Source: an uncultured Clostridia bacterium (lineage in GTDB: Bacteria; Bacillota; Clostridia; Christensenellales; UBA1242). Taken from it: DNA of 40,003 nt. The notes beneath the pieces were generated by a model, which was given only the letters and a program-made list of their open reading frames with translations, was not told the origin of the DNA and did no database searches. This document shows, piece after piece, positions 1-9,835 of this stretch (position 1 is its first letter; the number at the start of each line of letters is the position of its first letter). Made by a program: the position numbers and the translations under genes. The DNA lies in the NCBI GenBank assembly GCA_949878595.1, contig CATLBG010000002.1:1-40003 (forward strand), read 5' to 3'.

Positions 1-13
1 GTTGTATATAGAC

Positions 14-22
14 TGATAAAAT
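14..22 (+). promoter_or_regulatory. Possible extended -10 element (TGaTAAAAT) upstream of the first giant gene; any -35 would lie off the window
   Basis: The sequence tgataaaat at 14-22 matches TGnTAnAAT. Nothing upstream can be inspected. TTTTGCAA also occurs twice (43-50 and 64-71), 21 bp apart, between this element and the start codon. Confidence 0.25.
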
Positions 23-104
23 TTTGAGTTAAAAATATTGATTTTTGCAATTTATTTTATTTATTTTGCAAACACTATTTTTGACTGAAACTCATGGGGG
101 AAAT

Positions 105-3100
105 ATGAATTTCAAATTCTTTAGTTCGCTAATAAGTGCGACAGGTCAAACAATTGATCCTTCATACATTAGAGATACTTTTATGAATTGGGGTGCTGGC
201 TTAGCTGCTTTAGGAAGTACTCTATTTAATTTTATTTGTGGACTTTTTTATAATGTTGTCAAATGGCTTTTGGCATTCACTGATTTCCTTCAATATTTCA
301 TTCAAAAACTTATTGGTCTAGATTATTGGGTGAATAACAATGTTTATTCAATTGAAGGTGCAACCAGCAGTGATTTGTTGTTTTCATTTCTCTATAACGA
401 TACGATTCAAAAAGTTTTTAATACAATGCTTGCAGTTTTTGCAGTCTTATTAATTATTTTTACAGTATATGCAATCATAAAATCTGAATGGCAATATGTA
501 ACTGGCAAAAACTTTGGTGATGGAACCAACTCAAAAGCTCAAATCATTACAAATGCACTAAAAGCAATTGCAATGGTTCTTGTGTTTCCACTAACCCTTA
601 CCCTAGGAATTATTTCTTCAAATGCAATCCTAGCTTCAATATATAAGGCTTTAAACATAGACATGGCTTCAACATTTGGTGGAACACTGTTTTTGATTGG
701 TAGTAAAAATGCAAATAGATATAGGGTTTATGCAAAATCGGGGCAGCGTTCGGCGATAACTGACACAATTAAGTTTTATGTTAAAGATGGTTTAGTTATC
801 AGGTATGGTTCAACTGATTATAACGATGGTTATATCAATCAATATAGCGACTATGCTCAATATCTTAGAGCTCTTAGAGAGGGTAATGGTGCAACTCTCT
901 ATGAAGTTAACACAATGTTTGATATGATTGATATTGGCAGTGGAAGTTTTTCTGGATACTGCATTGGCATGGATATTGGCAATCAAAGACAATACTACAT
1001 GGTTAGATGTTCATCTGATAATAAAGTTGGAATGTATTATTATCTTAAAAACATTCTTCGTGTAGATATTATGGGTGATGGCGAAACTGGTGATGCTGGC
1101 AATAGAACAATCTATAACGAAATTGGAAGAGGAAACTTTAGCAGTTCAACTGGGGCAAAAGGCTTTATTGATGGCAAAAATTTCAGTGGTTCAAGTTGTG
1201 AAGAACTTTGGAATGCTTTCTGGAATACATGGGGTTATGCTTCAATTTATGATACAAAGCATGACTTTGAAACAAGTCTTGGCTATTCAGTTTTATCAAG
1301 AGCAAATGATGATAGTGCAATTTTAGGAGAAAATAAATCAATTCTTAGTTATATGGGGTTAGAGAGCTTTTCATCAGTAAAAATGCTCTATAACTCTTCA
1401 ATGATGTCTACATATTTTGATGGTGGACAATTTGGATTGGTTCAACTTGCAAATGAATATCATGTTATGGCTGATGTTGTTGACTTTATGAATAATAATG
1501 GCGTAACACTTTATATGCTTGATATGACATCAGATATGATTGACTGGAATTATGGTGAGTATACTGTTGATTCAAAATGGATTTCATATAACAATTCAAC
1601 TAAGAGCTTGAATATTATGCCTTCTGGAACAATTCCAAATGGTGATTCACAATATCCATTTACAAATACACCACTTGCAAATACAACTCCATTTATTGTT
1701 AGCTATTCAGATATGGTTAGTGATGTTGAGTCTGGAAATGTTTTATATACTGCAAAGGCTGGTGTGTCTAATGAACTTGAAGGTTCAAAATTTATTATGT
1801 GTTATAAGGTTGTTGAAAGAGATGGAACTTCAACAAAATATGTTCCACTTGTTAATCGCAAAGCATTTACTGATCCAGTAACAGGCAACAAATACACATT
1901 CTCATCTGATTATTATTCATCAGATTATAGAGGTGTGGTTATTGCAAAAGGTGTTTTTGCAAATAAAACATTGCTTGGTTCAAAAGTTGGAAATATTGAT
2001 GCAATGAATGGTTCTCCAACTTATATTAAAACAGGCTCAAAGATGCAAGATGGAACATCAATTGATGCTAGCAAACCATATTATTATTACATGGATGTTA
2101 GCGGAACAGTTATTCAGTATGCTGGATATCCATCAGCAAACTATCCATCAGACACATCTGCAAGTCTTGGTGGTTTAAGCTTTGGAGATGCTTCAGATTA
2201 TGTGATTAGAAATAATGGCTCAGGTGAGATTTTCCCAACATCAGGTTTCGATTTATCAACTGTGGCAGATGGCTCTAATGCTTTAAAAACCTCAAACTCA
2301 TTCAAAATTCAAAAGAAAGATGATTCTGGTGTTTATCAAGATGTTACAATAACTCCAGAACTACTTAAACAGTTAAATATTAATTTAAAATATTTCTTAT
2401 CAAATGCAGTAGTTGATGAAAATGCTGATCCTGATAGTTATAAAAAGTTGGCTAATGCAACTTTCTCGGGAACTGAATCAGGAAAGACTATTGAATTTAA
2501 ATTTTCTGCAGATGGTGGAACTAAATATTTCTATATTGGCTATTCAGATACAGAATTTTATTTGATGACATTTGACTCTGATAGTCAAACTTACATCAAG
2601 TATGAAGATGCAATTAACAATAATACTATTATTTCAAAATTTGAAACTTTAAATAAGTCTATAGTTAATGGTGAAAGCCCAGGTGATGTTACTTTAGGGC
2701 TTGGAGATAATACTCTAACTATCAGAGATGGAATTTCAGTTGATACTGCAATTTATCCAAATTATAGTGTTACTAATATGGCTGATTCTTCAGGAGAAGT
2801 ATTGCAAAATAGGTTCAAAATTACAGGAACAGATAGTATTACTCCTGATGTTATTCAAACATTGGTTATACCTCTTGAATACACAGTTAGTGCTGGTGGG
2901 TCAATATTCTGCTCAGCAACTTATGCTGGTCAATCAGTTACAGTTAATGATGGTAGTGGAGATAAAACATATTCACTTTTCACATTTGTTTATCAGGGAA
3001 CTAATTATTACCTTACTGTAGAAAGCACTTCAGATTCATTCTCTGTTTGCTCATATTCAACAACTGCTGATGGATTTGTCTCAAATGAGAATTCTAGAGA

Positions 3101-6100
3101 TATTGTTGCAAAATCTCGTAGATATAGACTCATGTATGACTATGTATCATTATCAAATAGTTCGGAATTTGGTAAAGAAATTGCAGTTTTGTCACCATCA
3201 GATTTCACATTCCAAGACAATGTTAGTGGAAATAGCAATTTGCAACTATTTATGACTTCTGAAAAACAGATAGTTATGGGTGGAAAGTATCAATATGTTA
3301 ATATATATTTTGATACAAAGGGAACAGGTAGACTTGTTACTGTTGATGGTAACAATAAAGTAACTTTTGCAGAACCAGTTGAAAAGAATGATGATAACAC
3401 TTCATATTTATATCATTCAGATGAATATACATTTAAGCTTTTCAATTACTATACTGGTGAAGTTGGAGAACCAATAACAGTTGAAACTGGGGCAACAATG
3501 ACTAGCCCAAGCTATGAAAACTTTACTGTAACAAGTTCTTCAATTAATACAAACTGTTGGTATTTAACAACTTTTTCATGGGATAATCTATTTAAAGATA
3601 ATCCAGGCAGATTTGGTGTAAACAGTGCACTTTTAAATCCACATACTCAGTTCTATTATGAATCAAATAAAAAGATATTTGATGAGAAGAATGATGGATT
3701 TACAATCAAACTTACATTGCAAAAAAATGGCACGACTTATAAAGTTACAGCAACAAATACAGGCATGAAAGATAGCACTGGACTTAACAAAATTTATTCA
3801 TTTAAACTTTCAGAAGATGGTCCAACTTATTATATGACTATGCGTGTCAATGCAGATGCTTCTGTTACAATTTTAGATAGTTATGGAAATACTATTGAGA
3901 ATAGTAATTTTGAGGCAACCTTTATGAAGGATCCAACTTACACACTTACTGTTGGTGGAACAACCATAAATAAAGAATTTCATTCTTATGAATTTGGCAA
4001 TTCATTCGTGCAAAATGGTTCAATTTACGTTGAAACTAATGATTTAGTTGATACTTCAACAAGTCTTGGAACAACTAAACTTTATATGAAGCTTACTGAT
4101 AAAAATAGTTTAATTTACTATGATGAAGTTATCAATGGAAATCCAACTATTAGAGCTGCTAGCATTGAAGAAAAAAGTGTAACAAAAGTTGGTCTTGGAC
4201 TTAAAGAATATAACCAGGATTCAGATTCTTTAGTTGCTGCTTCTGAGAGTTCAGAGGAGGGTTGGTCATTCTCTATTTGGGTAAGCCCAGAATTTTCATG
4301 GAATGCTCAAAGCAATTCATATGGTCTTTATAATGGTAGAAACTATGTTGCAACCATATATAAAAATCTTGGAACAGAGGTAAATTCACCATCAGAAATT
4401 GCATCAAAATCAATTCGTATTTTATATGATGGAAACACCTATTATAACATTTCAACTCAAAATAAATATAATGGCGACGCGGAAATGCTTTCTTATTACA
4501 ACAGAATCAAAGGTTCTTTTGTGACAAGTTTTCATAGAACAAGTTCAAATATAGAAAATTGGAAACTCAGTTTTGCGATTTTACCTCTAATTAATTTTAG
4601 AGTACATTTAAGCTTTGGACTTTATTCTATGAATAGAAACATTGAATTGGATAATAGTTTCAAACTTTCAGATGGTATTCAATTTGACTATTTCTTTGAA
4701 AATGCAGATGTTGAACTTGAAACATTCTATATTCAATCAAAAATAAGTTATTGGATATTGGTAATTGCTTCAGTGTTGATTATCAAAACTCTTATGACTG
4801 CACTTTGGGGAATTATCAAAAGATTCTATGAAATCACTCTATACTTCCTCGCTATGCCAGCAGTGGCATCTACAATTCCACTTGATGAAGGCAATAAGTT
4901 TAAAAGTGGAATACAGGAGCCTCTTATTAAGAAGGTTCTCAGCACCTATGGCGTAATTTTGGGCATAAATGTGTTCTTCATATTGCTTGCTCCAGTAAGA
5001 TCACTTTCACAGGTATTCACAGAACAAGATATTGCAGAATCAGGAACCTATTTCCTCAAATATCTTCCAATTAGTGCAAGCATGCTAAACGACTATGTAT
5101 ACATATTGTTTGTGCTTGTTGCTTTCACAATGATAGAAACTCTTCCAGGAGTTATCTCTGGATTAATTGGTGCAGATGATGTTTATGCTAAGGGTAAGGA
5201 AACAAAACAACAAGTTAGTCAGAATCTTTCAGATGCTGCAAATGCAGTGTCAGGAAAAACTTTAATTGATGGCACAAAGAATGTCGTTTCAAAGGCAACG
5301 AACTTTATTCCAGGCAAAAACCTAGTTTCTGGAGCATTTAACAAAGTTAACCAAGCAATTGATCATAAGATTGGTGAATGGGGTGAAGGTTTTGGTAGAG
5401 GCTATAGAGAAAAAATTAATTCTGATGGAAAAGATAAAAAATCAGAAGAGGGTGCACCAGCATCTGGTGGTGGTGGCTCAAGTAGAGCAGCTAATAACCT
5501 TGATGGTGCAACAGAGGCAGAAAATGGTCGCAGCTTCCAAGACTTTAATGAAAACACAGATTCATCTCTATATGATACACTAAAAGCACAATATTTAGCT
5601 GATGAGGGAACATCTGATGAAGAGTTTGCTCGTGCAATGTTCAGCACAAATAATTCTGCAAGTAGCAGTGCAATTGCAAATCTTATAAGAAATTCTCACG
5701 GTTCTAGTGGTGAAATGGGCAAACTTGTTTCTAGCATGCTTGGTGATAAATCAATTAATGACTTAGACGATTCTGCATTAGTTAACCTTGCAAAGGAATC
5801 AGGCAACTTTAACAAACTTTCTGATTTTGCAAATAACCATATCTCATTAACACTTGGTGAAGGAGTTTCAGGAACTCTTCAAGAAAAAATTATTAGTAAT
5901 GCAAAGAAAGACCCAGAACTTTTAGGCGAAGCAATAATGAATCTTTCAAATGGAAAATTCAGTTCAGCTGCAGATGCTTTTGCTCATAGAAATGACGCTG
6001 ATGTAAAGAAATTGATGGGTTCACAAGGATTTGCCGATGAAGTTCTATTGATGGCTCAAACTCGTGATTTGCAAGGCAAATTCAAACTTGGTGCTTGGGA

Positions 6101-6599
6101 TTTACTTTCTGGCAAAGATCAAAAGAGACTTATCAAAAAGCATGGTTCAAACAGAATGGGGTCAGCTCTTGGTAGATCAGAAGCTGAGAGAAATAGAGCA
6201 ATTGCAAAAGCTGTAAAGGAAGTAATAAAATCAGACACAAGCCTATCAAAAGAACTTAAAAACTCAGTAGTTAAACAAATTGAGAGTGATGGAATAAAGT
6301 TTGATAGTGCAACTAATGATCAAATTGTTTCAGTCTTAGTAAAAAATAGTAAACTTCTAGAAAAAATTAAGGAAATTTCAAAATATAATGCAGCTATGAA
6401 AGCTAGAAGTGAACTTGAAAGTTCAACTACAATTTCTAGAATAAATAATAGACTTAAGAAAGTTGAAACAGAAATGAAGAAAAACGATAAAACAGGAATT
6501 GCAAATAGCTTTATGAATGGTGGAAATAAACTAGAAAATGACCCACAGTTTATAGAGGCAATTACCAAAAAAGTACTAGAAAAAATCAACAAAAATTAA
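105..6599 (+). CDS. Giant polytopic membrane protein (2164 aa), paralogue A of a three-member family; function unknown, C-terminal multi-TM module possibly VirB6/TrbL-like
   Basis: An uninterrupted 6.5-kb ORF in AT-rich DNA (track 45..6599). I place the start at ATG 105 (MNFKFFSSLIS...). GGGGGA lies at 96-101, and this N-terminus aligns with that of the 23573 gene (MTNLISSLVNF). Position 45 is a TTG with no SD. There are three N-terminal hydrophobic segments, a long N/S/T/Y/D-rich middle region, four hydrophobic segments at about nt 4740-5180, then a K/E/S/G-rich tail of about 470 aa. Shared motifs: ANEYHVMADVVDF (from 1449) and GSKFIMCYK...YVPLVN...VIAKGVF (1782-1958). Confidence 0.93.
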   Translation: MNFKFFSSLISATGQTIDPSYIRDTFMNWGAGLAALGSTLFNFICGLFYNVVKWLLAFTDFLQYFIQKLIGLDYWVNNNVYSIEGATSSDLLFSFLYNDTIQKVFNTMLAVFAVLLIIFTVYAIIKSEWQYVTGKNFGDGTNSKAQIITNALKAIAMVLVFPLTLTLGIISSNAILASIYKALNIDMASTFGGTLFLIGSKNANRYRVYAKSGQRSAITDTIKFYVKDGLVIRYGSTDYNDGYINQYSDYAQYLRALREGNGATLYEVNTMFDMIDIGSGSFSGYCIGMDIGNQRQYYMVRCSSDNKVGMYYYLKNILRVDIMGDGETGDAGNRTIYNEIGRGNFSSSTGAKGFIDGKNFSGSSCEELWNAFWNTWGYASIYDTKHDFETSLGYSVLSRANDDSAILGENKSILSYMGLESFSSVKMLYNSSMMSTYFDGGQFGLVQLANEYHVMADVVDFMNNNGVTLYMLDMTSDMIDWNYGEYTVDSKWISYNNSTKSLNIMPSGTIPNGDSQYPFTNTPLANTTPFIVSYSDMVSDVESGNVLYTAKAGVSNELEGSKFIMCYKVVERDGTSTKYVPLVNRKAFTDPVTGNKYTFSSDYYSSDYRGVVIAKGVFANKTLLGSKVGNIDAMNGSPTYIKTGSKMQDGTSIDASKPYYYYMDVSGTVIQYAGYPSANYPSDTSASLGGLSFGDASDYVIRNNGSGEIFPTSGFDLSTVADGSNALKTSNSFKIQKKDDSGVYQDVTITPELLKQLNINLKYFLSNAVVDENADPDSYKKLANATFSGTESGKTIEFKFSADGGTKYFYIGYSDTEFYLMTFDSDSQTYIKYEDAINNNTIISKFETLNKSIVNGESPGDVTLGLGDNTLTIRDGISVDTAIYPNYSVTNMADSSGEVLQNRFKITGTDSITPDVIQTLVIPLEYTVSAGGSIFCSATYAGQSVTVNDGSGDKTYSLFTFVYQGTNYYLTVESTSDSFSVCSYSTTADGFVSNENSRDIVAKSRRYRLMYDYVSLSNSSEFGKEIAVLSPSDFTFQDNVSGNSNLQLFMTSEKQIVMGGKYQYVNIYFDTKGTGRLVTVDGNNKVTFAEPVEKNDDNTSYLYHSDEYTFKLFNYYTGEVGEPITVETGATMTSPSYENFTVTSSSINTNCWYLTTFSWDNLFKDNPGRFGVNSALLNPHTQFYYESNKKIFDEKNDGFTIKLTLQKNGTTYKVTATNTGMKDSTGLNKIYSFKLSEDGPTYYMTMRVNADASVTILDSYGNTIENSNFEATFMKDPTYTLTVGGTTINKEFHSYEFGNSFVQNGSIYVETNDLVDTSTSLGTTKLYMKLTDKNSLIYYDEVINGNPTIRAASIEEKSVTKVGLGLKEYNQDSDSLVAASESSEEGWSFSIWVSPEFSWNAQSNSYGLYNGRNYVATIYKNLGTEVNSPSEIASKSIRILYDGNTYYNISTQNKYNGDAEMLSYYNRIKGSFVTSFHRTSSNIENWKLSFAILPLINFRVHLSFGLYSMNRNIELDNSFKLSDGIQFDYFFENADVELETFYIQSKISYWILVIASVLIIKTLMTALWGIIKRFYEITLYFLAMPAVASTIPLDEGNKFKSGIQEPLIKKVLSTYGVILGINVFFILLAPVRSLSQVFTEQDIAESGTYFLKYLPISASMLNDYVYILFVLVAFTMIETLPGVISGLIGADDVYAKGKETKQQVSQNLSDAANAVSGKTLIDGTKNVVSKATNFIPGKNLVSGAFNKVNQAIDHKIGEWGEGFGRGYREKINSDGKDKKSEEGAPASGGGGSSRAANNLDGATEAENGRSFQDFNENTDSSLYDTLKAQYLADEGTSDEEFARAMFSTNNSASSSAIANLIRNSHGSSGEMGKLVSSMLGDKSINDLDDSALVNLAKESGNFNKLSDFANNHISLTLGEGVSGTLQEKIISNAKKDPELLGEAIMNLSNGKFSSAADAFAHRNDADVKKLMGSQGFADEVLLMAQTRDLQGKFKLGAWDLLSGKDQKRLIKKHGSNRMGSALGRSEAERNRAIAKAVKEVIKSDTSLSKELKNSVVKQIESDGIKFDSATNDQIVSVLVKNSKLLEKIKEISKYNAAMKARSELESSTTISRINNRLKKVETEMKKNDKTGIANSFMNGGNKLENDPQFIEAITKKVLEKINKN

Positions 6600-6619
6600 A
6601 CATTAGGAGAGCAGGATAA

Positions 6620-9600
6620 ATGAATCCTAAATTTCAAGAAGAAATTAAATCTTATTTGAACTCTTTAGAAGAAGACCCAGAAAAGGGACTTGAACTTTTG
6701 CGTAGGCTTCAGGGTGAAGACCCTAAGGCCTACAATGAAGCTGTTGATGCAATAATTGAATTGCTCCCATCAGATCAAATTCAAGCCCTTTCAAGAATGG
6801 GTACTGAGCAAGGTTATCTTGCATTGAGTCAAGCTGAACAGCAAAAGCTTTTTAGTGTAGTTGGAAGCGAAGAACTTGCAAAAGAGTTGAGTTATCACGA
6901 GGTTATGGAAGTTTTAAACAACAAAGACCTTCGTGAGATTTCTGATGAGCTTGAAGAAAGGGCAGATAAGCAAGATAATGTTGATTATGCCTATAATTTT
7001 GAAAAAGATTTAATTGATATTGAAGAACTCAGAAAATCGCTAATGAATGGACCAGAAGAAGATGTCCAAACTTTTGTTGAGAGGTATTTTTCTGGATCTG
7101 GATATGAAAATAATAAGCATAATAAAGAACTTATAGCTATGAGATTGTGGGGCAGAGATAATGTTGTTTCAGATATAATTAGAGGAAACGAAAAAGAAAC
7201 TGAAACAGCTATAAAAAAGTTTGAAAAAGAAAATAAAGATGTAAAATTTGCATCACTTGACCTTTCTGCTCAAAATAGAATTTTAAGAGAAGCATATGAG
7301 GCTTTATCTAATGATAACAAAGAAAATGCCGATCTTGCATTTGCAAACTCACTAATAGTAAACAAACCAGCAAAAGAAAAAACAAAACTCGCTCAAAAGA
7401 TATTAGATGAAGCTAAAGATTTAAATAAGTCTGTTGAAGAATTACTTTTTGCTTCAAAACAATTAAGATCAGAAATTGGACTAGCTGAATGTGAATTTAA
7501 AAACTCAAATTTAGATCAAAAAGTTATTGAGAATCTTGATGAAAAAATTTTTGAAAACTTGCATAATCAAATAATCAAAGATCGTTTTGATGAAACATCA
7601 AAGGTTATTGAATCGGCAAAAAAGCGAATAATAGAATCAAATATAGAAAAAAGAATTAAAGATGGAAAGATTGAAGTAACTGATATTCCAGATCCAAGCG
7701 AAATGGATTTTGATGAAAAAAGAGATTTTAATTATAGAGTTTCATTATTAAATAGACATTTAAGGGAAAATCCAGAGTCTGATATTCTTAAAAATATCTT
7801 GCTTAACACTCACTTAGTAAATGAAGATGTAATACTGAAAGAACTTATTTCAAGACAAGAAGATTTAAAAAAGAATGCTTCAAAATTATCATATGACGAA
7901 ATTAAGCAATTTTTAAGGGTAGATGTTATAAATAGCTATTTCAGTGAAAACCAATCACTTAAAACAACTATGCTTCAAGTTGGTGGAAATAATTTACTTT
8001 TAACTTTCAATGAGAAACAATTAGATGCAAAATTTATAAATACAGTTAATCGCAATAAGAATATTAGAGCAGATGTTTTAAAAGATGCATTTATTTCTGG
8101 CAAAGAAAATAATAAGATTTTAAGTGAAATTAAAACAGTTTTATCGCTTGATAAAGAAACAGTTATAGATGATTATAATTTTGATAAACTTTCTAAGCAG
8201 GCAGCAGAAAAAGTTTATATTGCAGAAAACGGAAAAATTAAAAAAGAAAAAGAAGCAGAAGTGCTCGCTTCAGTGAAGAAACTCTACAGAGAAAATTATC
8301 TTTTCAGGTCAGTTATTTATTCAGAAATGACAGAAGTTGTTAGTTATATGAGTGAAAGCCCAGATAGTGTTCAGGCAAAATTCTTTGGCGATTATGTGCC
8401 TATGAAAATGCCTAAATCACTTTCTGAAGCAATTAAAACTGGTAAAAATGCAGTATTTAGTTTGGATTCAAGATTTAGTCGTGCAATAAGTGCCTCGTCA
8501 AGCATTATTGGTGATCCAAAGAAACAAGTTGCTGATGAAGACAGGGCTAAACAATCTCAAGAGATTAGAAGACAGATTGCTATAATGACTGACAAAATCA
8601 ACAACTTAAGCACAAAACAAAATGGTAGAGAATATTCTGTTCAGGCAAAAGAAATCTTGGGTGAAAATTATAACAAAATATATAATTCAAAAACTCTCAT
8701 TACTCAACTTGTTGGTGGTGGAGTGGAAAATGAAAGTCCTGCAATTCAGCAGAGAGATATTTTGAAAGGACTGCAAACACTTATGCTTCAAGCAGTGAAG
8801 AGAATAGATTCAATTTCACTTTATATTCCAGCACCATATGAATTTAGAAATGATCCAAAATTTAGAGATAAATTGTCGTTAAAATCTAGCAGTGAAATTG
8901 TTAGTAAAAATGTTGATTATGGCAGATTTGCAGTGTTGACGCTTGTGAAGAAGGGAACAAATGCTGTTGCTCAAACAAAAATGCAACAAGACTTCATGAA
9001 CAAAGACCCAGAGTATAAAATGATTGTTGAAGAGTTTAACAGAAGGTATGAAAAGTTCTCAGAAACTGAAGAAAAACTTGAAGACCTTAGACAGTCGCTT
9101 GAAAAGCTACAGGGTAAAGAGACAGGTTCTTCAACTGCTAGAAATATGGTTAGAAATATTAAAACAGCAATTTCAGATCAAGAGAAAAAACTAATCATTT
9201 TAGAGTCTTATATGCTTAAAGCTAAAGAGACAAAAGAAAGTTATGAGAAAAAATTTGCTGCAAAATTAGATAAAACAGCAAAGAAACAATCAATTGAAGT
9301 TAATAGTCAAGTTGCAGATATCTTCACATATCAAGATGTATTCCTTAAAGGAAATAATGTTCCAATCAATCCAAAAACAGATACAAAGCTTGCTATGCAA
9401 ATTAGAAAAGTTGTTAACCAATTTATATCTAATATGCTTGCTAGTATTGATAGGGTAAATGAAACCTTAAGGCTTAGAAATGTAAAACAAATTTCACTTA
9501 AAAATACAAGACTTGGTGGTGTAGTAAAACAGTCTGGCATTATTATAAAAACATTGACTGAGGAAAGAGATAAAATTAGTGATGAACTTAAAAATTTGTC

Positions 9601-9742
9601 AGAGACAAGTGAAGAATATAAGGCTAAAAAGGCAGTTTATATTAGAATAATTAATGACTTATCAAGAGTTAAGAATGATACAAAAATGCTTGAAGATACT
9701 TTTGATAAACTTGGTATTGGAGAGTTAAAAAACAAACAATAA
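6620..9742 (+). CDS. Large soluble K/E-rich, probably coiled-coil protein (1040 aa), function unknown
   Basis: An uninterrupted 3.1-kb ORF with AGGAGA at 6605-6610. It has no hydrophobic segment long enough for a TM helix. It contains long heptad-like runs rich in K, E, L, I and N, with no Walker A and no HxH/HUH relaxase-like motif seen by eye. It begins 20 nt after the upstream gene. Confidence 0.9.
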   Translation: MNPKFQEEIKSYLNSLEEDPEKGLELLRRLQGEDPKAYNEAVDAIIELLPSDQIQALSRMGTEQGYLALSQAEQQKLFSVVGSEELAKELSYHEVMEVLNNKDLREISDELEERADKQDNVDYAYNFEKDLIDIEELRKSLMNGPEEDVQTFVERYFSGSGYENNKHNKELIAMRLWGRDNVVSDIIRGNEKETETAIKKFEKENKDVKFASLDLSAQNRILREAYEALSNDNKENADLAFANSLIVNKPAKEKTKLAQKILDEAKDLNKSVEELLFASKQLRSEIGLAECEFKNSNLDQKVIENLDEKIFENLHNQIIKDRFDETSKVIESAKKRIIESNIEKRIKDGKIEVTDIPDPSEMDFDEKRDFNYRVSLLNRHLRENPESDILKNILLNTHLVNEDVILKELISRQEDLKKNASKLSYDEIKQFLRVDVINSYFSENQSLKTTMLQVGGNNLLLTFNEKQLDAKFINTVNRNKNIRADVLKDAFISGKENNKILSEIKTVLSLDKETVIDDYNFDKLSKQAAEKVYIAENGKIKKEKEAEVLASVKKLYRENYLFRSVIYSEMTEVVSYMSESPDSVQAKFFGDYVPMKMPKSLSEAIKTGKNAVFSLDSRFSRAISASSSIIGDPKKQVADEDRAKQSQEIRRQIAIMTDKINNLSTKQNGREYSVQAKEILGENYNKIYNSKTLITQLVGGGVENESPAIQQRDILKGLQTLMLQAVKRIDSISLYIPAPYEFRNDPKFRDKLSLKSSSEIVSKNVDYGRFAVLTLVKKGTNAVAQTKMQQDFMNKDPEYKMIVEEFNRRYEKFSETEEKLEDLRQSLEKLQGKETGSSTARNMVRNIKTAISDQEKKLIILESYMLKAKETKESYEKKFAAKLDKTAKKQSIEVNSQVADIFTYQDVFLKGNNVPINPKTDTKLAMQIRKVVNQFISNMLASIDRVNETLRLRNVKQISLKNTRLGGVVKQSGIIIKTLTEERDKISDELKNLSETSEEYKAKKAVYIRIINDLSRVKNDTKMLEDTFDKLGIGELKNKQ

Positions 9743-9786
9743 AAAGTGCGAAAAAGTTACAAAATTATTAAAAAAACGCTATATAT

Positions 9787-9815
9787 TTGCTAGTTTATTG
9801 TAAAAGTTATATAAT
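9787..9815 (+). promoter_or_regulatory. Near-consensus sigma-70/SigA-type promoter inside the operon, upstream of the VirB4-like gene
   Basis: TTGCTA (9787-9792), a 17-nt spacer, then TATAAT (9810-9815). It lies in the only sizeable intergenic gap of the operon (9743-9835). AAGGAG sits at about 9822-9827 before ATG 9836. Confidence 0.5.
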
Positions 9816-9835
9816 TTAATTAAGGAGAAAATTAG

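Noticed and set aside
45-104. N-terminal extensions given by the ORF track: 45..104 for giant gene 1, 28139..28198 and 28547..28585 for the small membrane proteins, and 36656..36670 for the PBP.
   Set aside because: The first three extended starts are TTG codons without an SD; two of them lie inside a promoter or a hairpin. Position 36656 is an ATG, but it also lacks an SD. In each case a downstream ATG with a good SD is available. For gene 1 the shorter N-terminus also aligns with that of its paralogue.
3721-3728. A8 homopolymer tract inside giant gene 1 as a possible slipped-strand phase-variation switch. Similar A7-A8 tracts lie near 10111, 20197, 29017 and 29095.
   Set aside because: Tracts of this length occur equally in housekeeping genes such as tig in this AT-rich sequence, and they are short for efficient slippage. 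There is no evidence of a frameshifted copy.
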